The translations under genes and the position numbers were made by a program. Of a stretch of 20,000 bases of DNA, positions 9,005 through 15,488 are shown piece by piece. How positions within the stretch are numbered: position 1 is the first letter of the stretch; every line of letters begins with the position of its first letter. A model generated the notes under the pieces. It was not told the DNA's origin and did not search any database. It saw only the letters and a program-made list of their open reading frames with translations. Origin of the DNA: an uncultured virus (IMG/VR IMGVR_UViG_2576861110_000002) (Duplodnaviria > Heunggongvirae > Uroviricota > Caudoviricetes); IMG/VR virus record IMGVR_UViG_2576861110_000002, positions 58,863 to 78,862 of that record. One strand, 5' to 3'.

Positions 9005-9060
9005 TATTAGAACATTTAATTAATCTATTGTTGACTAATAAATGTTCTAATATGTTTTTT
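9005..9060 (+). repeat. 14-bp perfect inverted repeat with U-tract (terminator or operator)
   Basis: TATTAGAACATTTA (9005-9018) / TAAATGTTCTAATA (9039-9052), followed by TGTTTTTT. Confidence 0.6.
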
Positions 9061-9141
9061 GGGAATAATTTAGGAATAAAAAACTATAGAAAAGTAAAAA
9101 AATAGTGTATAAAGTTAAGTAAAATATTTTGGAGCCGCTTT

Positions 9142-9771
9142 ATGGCTATAGCTGAAGAATTACATGTTAAAAGTTTAATCCAACCATATTCTAATTCTAT
9201 TATTCAGGCTATTAAGGAGGCGTGGTCATTGTGGCTGCAAAGTCCTTTTTTTGGAAAATGGAGTTCACGCGGACGTGCCACATTCGTTTGGGAAACTGTA
9301 ATTAATTTACTCAAAGAAAAATTTATGGGACGTAGTGACGTTTTTATTATAGATAAAGGTGTTACGGTACTTTTTGTAATTCAACAGCAAGTTGTTTTTC
9401 GTTTTAAATTGGCAGATAGGACTGGAAGAAGTAAAAACGTTCAAACAGATTCGGCTAAAAGCTTTCATGATCCTGAACTCAATTATAATTTATTAGCTGA
9501 AGCTGATATAGCTAGTAATATTCCACGTATTGAAGTTATCTATACTTTAAATAAGTCTGCTACTCAAATCGATAATATCAAAATGATTGCTAGAGATAAA
9601 AATTCCGTTGCTTGGAATGTAAGTTTAATTGATAGCCAAACATCATTCGTTGAATTTGACGAAAGCAAAGATACAAGTGACTTTGATACTGTTAAGGATA
9701 ATCAAACAAAACGTCGTTTCAAAGGGAAATCCACTGGCGGTGGATTTAAAAAAGCAGAAGGTGAATCGTGA
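9142..9771 (+). CDS. Hypothetical protein, candidate toxin/effector partner of the ImmA/IrrE peptidase
   Basis: GGAG SD. Motif FRFK..D..GRSKN.QT..F...L...P.I.V.Y.LN...I..I...W resembles proteins found upstream of XRE-peptidase genes. GTGA overlap with the next gene. Confidence 0.55.
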   Translation: MAIAEELHVKSLIQPYSNSIIQAIKEAWSLWLQSPFFGKWSSRGRATFVWETVINLLKEKFMGRSDVFIIDKGVTVLFVIQQQVVFRFKLADRTGRSKNVQTDSAKSFHDPELNYNLLAEADIASNIPRIEVIYTLNKSATQIDNIKMIARDKNSVAWNVSLIDSQTSFVEFDESKDTSDFDTVKDNQTKRRFKGKSTGGGFKKAEGES

Positions 9772-10847
9772 GTAATTTGACCTTTAATCCTGAGTTATTA
9801 AGGATAGTAAGGCAGTTTAGAGGGTTTGGACAAACAGCTCTTGCTAAAATGGCTTCTTTGTCTCAGGGAACTCTGTCAAAAATTGAAGCAGGATTGTTAG
9901 AGCCTAATGAGGAAATGGTTTCAAATCTTGCCAAAGTTTTAAACTTTCCCGTTTCAATATTTTATGAGACCTATAAGCCATTTGGTTTACCGTTAAGTGT
10001 TCATCCCATGTACAGGAAGAACTCTTCAATCGGTAAAAGGGCTATTGAACAACTTGAAGCTGAACTTAATATTCGATTATTTAACTCTATGAAGTTAGTT
10101 AAAGCTATTGAGTTTGAGGAGGATTTACCACTTCCTTTTTTAAGTTTAGATATATATGAAACTCCTGAAAAAGTTGCTGAATTGCTCAGAAGAACTTGGT
10201 TAATTCCTAATGGCCCATTAAAGAATTTAACCGATTATGTTGAGAGGGCAGGGTGTCTCGTATTTCATTGCGATTTCTCTCAAGAAGGTGTGTCTGGTGT
10301 AACAATAAAAGTACCTGGTTTAAACCCTTGTATTTTTATTGATAAAAATATGCCCTCAGATAGACAACGTTTCACACTGGCGCATGAGTTAGGTCATGCA
10401 ATTATGCATAAACTCCCTTCAGAAAATATGGAGGATGAGGCTAACCGTTTTGCAAGTGCTCTTTTGATGCCTTCAAAAGATATTAGACCATATCTTACTG
10501 GGAAAATTACTTTAGAAAAGCTCGCTACCTTAAAGTTGGTTTGGAAAGTTTCTATGAATGCTCTTCTTAAAACAGCAGAACGAGAAGGCTTATTAACACC
10601 ATCCCAGAAAAAGTATCTATGGATACAAATGACTAAGAATGGTTATAGGACTAAGGAACCTGTAGAGTTGGATTTTCCTAAAGAAAAGGCTGTAACTATA
10701 GATCAAATTTTTGAATACTATAGAGAAGACTTAGGTTACTCAATTGATGAGTTATCTAATTTATTGCAAACACCAAAAGAAGACATTGATTCACTCTACT
10801 CATTAAATATAGTTAAGAAAAAACCAAATATACGAATTTTAGAATAA
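9768..10847 (+). CDS. XRE-family HTH fused to ImmA/IrrE (COG2856-like) zinc metallopeptidase
   Basis: N-terminal HTH (LRIVRQFRGFGQTALAK..SLSQGTLSKIEAG), RQRFTLAHELGH (HExxH) and E.EANRFASALLMP motifs. Confidence 0.9.
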   Translation: MSNLTFNPELLRIVRQFRGFGQTALAKMASLSQGTLSKIEAGLLEPNEEMVSNLAKVLNFPVSIFYETYKPFGLPLSVHPMYRKNSSIGKRAIEQLEAELNIRLFNSMKLVKAIEFEEDLPLPFLSLDIYETPEKVAELLRRTWLIPNGPLKNLTDYVERAGCLVFHCDFSQEGVSGVTIKVPGLNPCIFIDKNMPSDRQRFTLAHELGHAIMHKLPSENMEDEANRFASALLMPSKDIRPYLTGKITLEKLATLKLVWKVSMNALLKTAEREGLLTPSQKKYLWIQMTKNGYRTKEPVELDFPKEKAVTIDQIFEYYREDLGYSIDELSNLLQTPKEDIDSLYSLNIVKKKPNIRILE

Positions 10848-10850
10848 GAT

Positions 10851-10880
10851 AGGCCCTCCATTAGGAGGGTTTCCTTTTTT
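10851..10880 (+). terminator. Intrinsic terminator
   Basis: AGGCCCTCC-atta-GGAGGGTTT then CCTTTTTT, right after the peptidase stop. Confidence 0.8.
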
Positions 10881-10929
10881 AATAAAAAAACTTTTCTTTT
10901 TAAAAAAAATAGTCATAATAAATCTATGC

Positions 10930-11062
10930 TTCCACACTAAGCTTGTCACTCCAACCGTATTACGGAGCGAACATTCCTTAAGTAATGATGTGTACGTATA
11001 TATGATTTACAACATTAGTGTAGATCTAGATTTTTGGAGTGGTCTAATTTTTATCTACACAG
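10930..11062 (+). ncRNA. Putative structured leader / ncRNA
   Basis: Complementary pairs ACACTAA 10934-40 / TTAGTGT 11015-21, CACTCCAA 10947-54 / TTGGAGTG 11034-41 and GTGTAGAT 11018-25 / ATCTACAC 11053-60. More GC-rich than the flanks. Confidence 0.4.
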
Positions 11063-11776
11063 ATGGATCGTATAATCATGTCTGATAAGAACTTCGTATT
11101 TCCTTCAGGATTGACCAGTCAACGTGCTAGAGCTTTAGCTAAAGAAGCAAAAAAACTAAATGGTACGCAACTTTCATGTGAGCTGGATTTAATATCTAAA
11201 AAAGAATGTCAACTCCCATGGCATAAAGCAGTTGCTAAGTTTACTAATGAAGATATCTCAATTCTACATTTGAAAGTAGAAGATATTTTGAAAAAAAACC
11301 CATTATTGGGTTATTGTGGATTCTATTCTCCATTAATATTTTCAGATCGTTATTATCAACGTCAATATAGAATGTCTAAAATAGAGTATGAACAGCATTT
11401 TATTGAAGGCCGAATTTTAAGTACAGACTGGTTAAAACAAATAGAATATGCTCAGCAGTTTATGTCATATTTTGGAAAAAATAAGAATATAAATAATAAT
11501 ATGTTAGGTTCTTATGGGTTAAAACATATGTGTGAGGATTACTATGGAGAAATATGTGGTCAGCATACTTATATATCTAATGGTGCATTAATCATAGGTG
11601 CTATTTTAAATAATTTCAATTTTGAGCAATATAGTGAATATCATATTAACTGTAGTTTTAATATTAGTAAAAAAAGTGAATTTTACCAATGGTATAAAAT
11701 GTGGAAATATGGCTACAGGCCAAGTCAGTATCTAAAGTTTAAGATATTGGACCAAAAATATAGATCTAATAGCTAA
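11063..11776 (+). CDS. Hypothetical protein (N-terminal small helical 'glyoxalase superfamily'-like repeat; C-terminal SYGLKH..E..Y.SNG domain)
   Basis: N-terminal ARALAKEAKKLNGTQLSCELDLISKKECQLPW pattern and a conserved-looking GSYGLKHMCE...YISNGALI.GA motif. AT-rich. The start could be ATG 11063 or 11078. Confidence 0.6.
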   Translation: MDRIIMSDKNFVFPSGLTSQRARALAKEAKKLNGTQLSCELDLISKKECQLPWHKAVAKFTNEDISILHLKVEDILKKNPLLGYCGFYSPLIFSDRYYQRQYRMSKIEYEQHFIEGRILSTDWLKQIEYAQQFMSYFGKNKNINNNMLGSYGLKHMCEDYYGEICGQHTYISNGALIIGAILNNFNFEQYSEYHINCSFNISKKSEFYQWYKMWKYGYRPSQYLKFKILDQKYRSNS

Positions 11777-11861
11777 AGCTTTAGTTAAAAAGACATGAAT
11801 TAAAAAAGTAATCGATAAATCAAGGGAAATCGTTTAACTGTTCGTAAGGTGCTTAACAAAT

Positions 11862-11890
11862 GAAAACCAGCTAACTAGCTGGTTTTCTTA
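11862..11890. terminator. Bidirectional intrinsic terminator
   Basis: GAAAACCAGCT-aact-AGCTGGTTTTC (11862-11887) between convergent genes. Confidence 0.8.
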
Positions 11891-11934
11891 ATTTGGGGAG
11901 TTCTGGTGGAACATCTTAAAATAATTATATGCCC

Positions 11935-12834
11935 TTATCCTCTGATAGGTTCATAGGGAAACCTCTTTAAAACTTTACCTAATTCAAGTACCTCATCTTT
12001 ATGTAAAAAATCCCATAGTTGATTGAATTTCTCCCGAAGTTGTACGACATTTACAGGTGTATGATGTGAAGTGTATTGATGTACTGCAACAGCACCACTT
12101 TCCTGAATTGAAATCCAGAAGTTTTTAGGGCCATTTGGAGATTGATACTTTAACTTTTCACCTACTTGTTGAGCAATTTCATAAGCCAGAGGGTTTTCTA
12201 ATGCTGGATAACGTGATGAAACTCGATCTAAAAGATTTTCAAGCCGTTGTAAAGGATCTGATTCCACTTTTTCAACAACATTGATTGATTCTAAGTATTG
12301 TTTAGCTTCTTCAAAATGTATTGATAAAAGTTGGCTGTACTTAGCTATGCCAAAATGTCTGTTATGTCGTACCCACATAGATGCCCGTTGGCTGCGGTTT
12401 TTACCAGCACGGCGGTCAACTATCTCATGTAGTGCATGCTGCTGCTCAGGGGTAATCGTAAGACGTTTGTTTATTGCCTGTCCTTTTGTCCAGTAATCCC
12501 AAAGCACATCATCACATTCTTGTTGATACATGATGACTGTTTCGCGAAGTTCAGGCCGGACTTTGTTGGCGTGGATTGAGTAAAGCCATGCAGCTAATTT
12601 TCGGACAGGTAAGCAAGTCATTAAGCGACTTTTCCCATCATTGGCAACTGTGGTGATTTCCACCATAGTTGCACTGAAACGATCTTTTAATTTAACAAAC
12701 TGGCTTTTCCAATCTAGCCCCATAGCTTCAACGATAGGTTTCATTGGTGTATAAGGCTGCCCATGATGTTCAATAATCATAAGTTCTGCATCATGAAATG
12801 GTACAACTTGTGGTATGTATGATAAATTAGACAC
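11935..12834 (-). CDS. ant: Phage antirepressor (P22 Ant N-terminal domain + ORF6C-like domain)
   Basis: VPFHDAEL..H.GQPYTPMKPIVEAMGLDWKSQF..LAAWLYSI.ANKVRPE...YQQECDDVLWDYW is the P22_AR N-terminal signature. The likely start is GTG at 12834 with AAAGGA SD 7 nt upstream, rather than 12993. Confidence 0.85.
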   Translation of the reverse strand: MSNLSYIPQVVPFHDAELMIIEHHGQPYTPMKPIVEAMGLDWKSQFVKLKDRFSATMVEITTVANDGKSRLMTCLPVRKLAAWLYSIHANKVRPELRETVIMYQQECDDVLWDYWTKGQAINKRLTITPEQQHALHEIVDRRAGKNRSQRASMWVRHNRHFGIAKYSQLLSIHFEEAKQYLESINVVEKVESDPLQRLENLLDRVSSRYPALENPLAYEIAQQVGEKLKYQSPNGPKNFWISIQESGAVAVHQYTSHHTPVNVVQLREKFNQLWDFLHKDEVLELGKVLKRFPYEPIRG

Positions 12835-12906
12835 ATCAATATCCTTTCGTGGTTGTTGATAGAAGCCCTTGCATTTGGTTGGTAGCCTGCAAGGGCTTTG
12901 TTGTTT
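12830..12906 (+). ncRNA. Putative sar-like antisense RNA to the antirepressor translation start
   Basis: TATGAT -10 at 12818-23 inside the start of ant on the opposite strand. An 11-bp stem AAGCCCTTGCA / TGCAAGGGCTT (12863-12898) is followed by a T-rich tail on the + strand. Same layout as P22 sar. Confidence 0.45.
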
Positions 12907-12930
12907 CAGGTTTAGAGCCTGTTGTGAATA

Positions 12931-12959
12931 ACTATATATAGTGTATTTAAATAATGCAA
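12931..12959 (-). promoter_or_regulatory. Sigma70 promoter for the antirepressor
   Basis: Minus strand TTGCAT (12959-54), 17 nt, TATAGT (12936-31). Confidence 0.6.
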
Positions 12960-13035
12960 TATTAAAATAAATTAAAATATAAAAAGAATGCAATCTTATT
13001 GTGTTATGATTAATTATCTTTTTTAGAGAATTGAG

Positions 13036-13284
13036 ATGATTAAGAATAATATTATTGCCTTACGAGATAAGGCCGGCATGACGGCGTATCAGTTAGCGAA
13101 ACAATGCGGATTTATTTCAAATAACCATGTACTGGGAAAGAAGATAAGTGACGCAGAAAAAGGAAAAAATATCACAATTGAAACGGCTTTTTTAATCTAC
13201 ACTGAACTCAAAAAAGCTGGTGTATGCGAGAAGTTTGAAGATGTCTTTTGGCTTGAATGTGATGATAAAGATATCGAAAACTAA
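13036..13284 (+). CDS. Small XRE/Cro-like HTH regulator
   Basis: IIALRDKAGMTAYQLAKQCG...ISDAEKGKNITIETA HTH pattern. Divergent from ant, with an extended -10 TGtTATGAT at 13002-13010. Confidence 0.7.
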   Translation: MIKNNIIALRDKAGMTAYQLAKQCGFISNNHVLGKKISDAEKGKNITIETAFLIYTELKKAGVCEKFEDVFWLECDDKDIEN

Positions 13285-13301
13285 AAATATTTTTTGTAGA
13301 G

Positions 13302-13344
13302 TTGGAACTAACTAATTTTTAAACTTTCATATTTGTAAATAATG
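13302..13344 (+). promoter_or_regulatory. Putative phage late promoter (copy 4)
   Basis: TTGGAAC 13302-13308, 30 nt, ATAATG 13339-13344. Confidence 0.7.
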
Positions 13345-13371
13345 GTCCTATTCAATGAGTAGGGCTTTTTT
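13345..13371 (+). terminator. Terminator-like hairpin overlapping the RBS of the next gene
   Basis: GTCCTATTC-aat-GAGTAGGGC followed by TTTTTT and then ATG 13372. Confidence 0.55.
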
Positions 13372-14166
13372 ATGTCCAAAGCTTTAGCTTATGCACCAGC
13401 TGTAAATACAGCAAAAACTAATTTACCAAGTAATGAATCAGATCCATTCTATGGTTCTATTTCAAAGCACAAATACGCAGAGTTTTCTCTATGTGACAAA
13501 GAGGGGAATCCTATTGCTGGCTCGCCAGTGATTAGAGCCTTATTAACGGACGGTGATAAAAGCATTGAGAGCCAATGGCAAACTCCATTTGAGAATAGTA
13601 ATCCTGAGCTAAAAATGCCTATGCTCATGGCAGGCTTACAATCAGGTCAGCTATCACAAGTCGCTGAACAGATGCAAAGTAATCCTATAGCTCAAGTTTT
13701 ATCAAAACTTGGGGTTCAAGATGCTATGCAGAGCGTTGAAGGGCGTACCAATCTAACTAAAGTGAATACAACTCAAGTATTCCTATCTACTTCTTCAGTA
13801 CGGCTCAACCTTTCTATTTTCTTCCTTGCCTTTAGTGATGCGAAAACAGAAGTTGAAGACAGGATCATGCAATTAGAGGCTTGGAGTCTTCCAGTTTCTT
13901 TATCTTCTGATTCTACACTTCAGAATGTGGTTAATGACTCAAACTCAACTTTAGAAGGGTTGTTTTCAGGTGTAATCCCACCCTTTGTGTCTCTGACAAC
14001 TCACGGCAAAACTTATAAACCTTTCATTATTGAAAGTGTTTCTGCACCAATTGTTGCGCCAATTGATGAGAAAGGTAACCGGTTAAGTTTGGCCGTGAAT
14101 ATAAGTTTGATGAGTCGAACTGCATGGGATTCAAAAGACATTTATTCATTGTATGGAGGCAACTAA
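13372..14166 (+). CDS. Putative baseplate/tail-tube initiator (T4 gp48-like) protein
   Basis: Pattern LNLSIFFLAF.DA..EV..I..L..W.LP...PPFVSL..GKTYKPFIIESVS.P....G......VNISL is reminiscent of tube-initiator/cap proteins of contractile tails. Late-promoter motif upstream. Confidence 0.45.
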   Translation: MSKALAYAPAVNTAKTNLPSNESDPFYGSISKHKYAEFSLCDKEGNPIAGSPVIRALLTDGDKSIESQWQTPFENSNPELKMPMLMAGLQSGQLSQVAEQMQSNPIAQVLSKLGVQDAMQSVEGRTNLTKVNTTQVFLSTSSVRLNLSIFFLAFSDAKTEVEDRIMQLEAWSLPVSLSSDSTLQNVVNDSNSTLEGLFSGVIPPFVSLTTHGKTYKPFIIESVSAPIVAPIDEKGNRLSLAVNISLMSRTAWDSKDIYSLYGGN

Positions 14167-14864
14167 TGATTACTTTTGATCCAGTGTATGTAGGCGATAA
14201 TACTTTTCAAATGCAAGAATTGAGTTTTGAGCAGTGTCTTAAAATTTCAATCATTGCGCCGAATTTAAATGAAAAAAGACTTACAGCTTTTCTTAAATCA
14301 GCTTTAGATAGTGTGTTTGATCCTTTGGTTTTAACTATTCAAGAACGATATTTACTGCTGCTGAAGTATCTTGAAAAACAAAGTAATACTATGTTGGAGG
14401 TGAACACAGACTGGTCTAAAGTTTTCCTTCAATCAGAAAATAATTGGAAAACTGAAACTACTCAAAATGGAATTACAGTTAGACAGCTTATTGGAATGGA
14501 AGTGGAGTTCTTAGAGGCAAATTGTAAGAATGTCGCTGAATGGATTGCCTGCATGATGGCTTTTCAGTTGAGTTATTCTAATCATGAGCACTTAGCTTTA
14601 TTGCCGGATAGAACAAATCCTCAATTATTTGAAGAACAATTTAAGCAGCGGCTAGATTTCATTAAGAAAATGCCAGCTAGTGATTTTGATTTGTGTTATC
14701 AGGATTTTAATAATTTAAACAATGAGATGTTTACTCATTTACGGTTAAGTGTTGATAACTACGGAATATTAGTAGAAAGAGGTGCAGATGACGCGCCTGC
14801 ACGATTTCGCACCGCTTCCGTCTTTACAGGAATCATCAAAGAGTTGGACCGATCTTTTGCTTGA
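14166..14864 (+). CDS. Putative baseplate hub / tail assembly chaperone (T4 gp26-like)
   Basis: GGAGG SD and TAATG coupling place the start at 14166 rather than 14124. The motif LTIQERYLLLLKY resembles hub-assembly chaperones. Confidence 0.45.
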   Translation: MITFDPVYVGDNTFQMQELSFEQCLKISIIAPNLNEKRLTAFLKSALDSVFDPLVLTIQERYLLLLKYLEKQSNTMLEVNTDWSKVFLQSENNWKTETTQNGITVRQLIGMEVEFLEANCKNVAEWIACMMAFQLSYSNHEHLALLPDRTNPQLFEEQFKQRLDFIKKMPASDFDLCYQDFNNLNNEMFTHLRLSVDNYGILVERGADDAPARFRTASVFTGIIKELDRSFA

Positions 14865-15075
14865 GACAGCAAGTAGTATTTCTGAAAACTGTCCAATGCC
14901 TTTATCAGATGCGTTGAAAATGCCTTTGAGTTTTGAAAGTACTTATTTCAATTCATCAGCATGGGAAACCCGTAAGAAGTATTTAGAAAATGATATTGAA
15001 CGTCACAATGCTTTTATAAAAATGGGTCATGAAGTCATTAAAGGTCTTAATGCTTTAGCTAGTAGAAATCGATAA
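14788..15075 (+). CDS. Putative tail/baseplate assembly chaperone second part (gp51/G-T-like)
   Basis: Overlaps the upstream gene by 77 nt in the +1 frame. AGAGG lies 5 nt before ATG 14788. The helical motif MPLSDALKMPLS resembles the short chaperone partners. Confidence 0.45.
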   Translation: MTRLHDFAPLPSLQESSKSWTDLLLETASSISENCPMPLSDALKMPLSFESTYFNSSAWETRKKYLENDIERHNAFIKMGHEVIKGLNALASRNR

Positions 15076-15087
15076 AAATTAATAATT

Positions 15088-15117
15088 AAAAAGCCTGAAT
15101 TATTCAGGCTTTTTTTT
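15088..15117 (+). terminator. Intrinsic terminator
   Basis: AAAAAGCCTGAA-tta-TTCAGGCTTTTTTTT. Confidence 0.85.
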
Positions 15118-15129
15118 CGTGCTTTGTAT

Positions 15130-15172
15130 TTGGAACCATACTCCATTTAGAACAATAACACTTGCAAAAATA
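15130..15172 (+). promoter_or_regulatory. Putative phage late promoter (copy 5)
   Basis: TTGGAAC 15130-15136, 30 nt, AAAATA 15167-15172; upstream of the holin. Confidence 0.7.
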
Positions 15173-15200
15173 GCTACAAATGAAATCTGGGGAATAGGTC

Positions 15201-15488
15201 ATGTCTGATCATCAGGCAATTGAAGTCACAGTCACAACTTTTGCTAATAAAACTACCTTCTGGAGTGGTTTAGCAAGCGCATTTGGTTCTTTAACTTCAA
15301 TTAACTGGTTGAGCTATACAGGTGCAATAGTGGCTGTTGTTGGCCTATTCATAAGTTTCATTTTTCAGTGGAGACGTGACCGCAGAGAACGTAAAGAAAG
15401 TGAATTACGTGAAAAAGAAAGCGAATTACGAATCAAAGCTTTAGAAGCTCTAGAGCAAGATAATTTACGAAAGAGGAAAGATGAATGA
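15201..15488 (+). CDS. Holin
   Basis: 95 aa with hydrophobic helices (FWSGLASAFGSL; WLSYTGAIVAVVGLFISFIFQW) and a highly charged C-tail. First gene of the lysis cassette. Contains a 21-nt tandem duplication (KESELRE-KESELR, 15393-15431). Confidence 0.75.
   Translation: MSDHQAIEVTVTTFANKTTFWSGLASAFGSLTSINWLSYTGAIVAVVGLFISFIFQWRRDRRERKESELREKESELRIKALEALEQDNLRKRKDE

Noticed and set aside
12835..12993. 53-aa N-terminal extension of the antirepressor in the ORF track
   Set aside because: It spans the predicted promoter and leader hairpin. GTG 12834 has a good SD and matches the domain start.
14124..14165. Upstream start for the 246-aa ORF
   Set aside because: ATG 14166 has GGAGG and stop-start coupling.
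15393..15431. 21-nt tandem repeat in the holin tail as a possible array
   Set aside because: Only two in-frame copies, a simple coding duplication.
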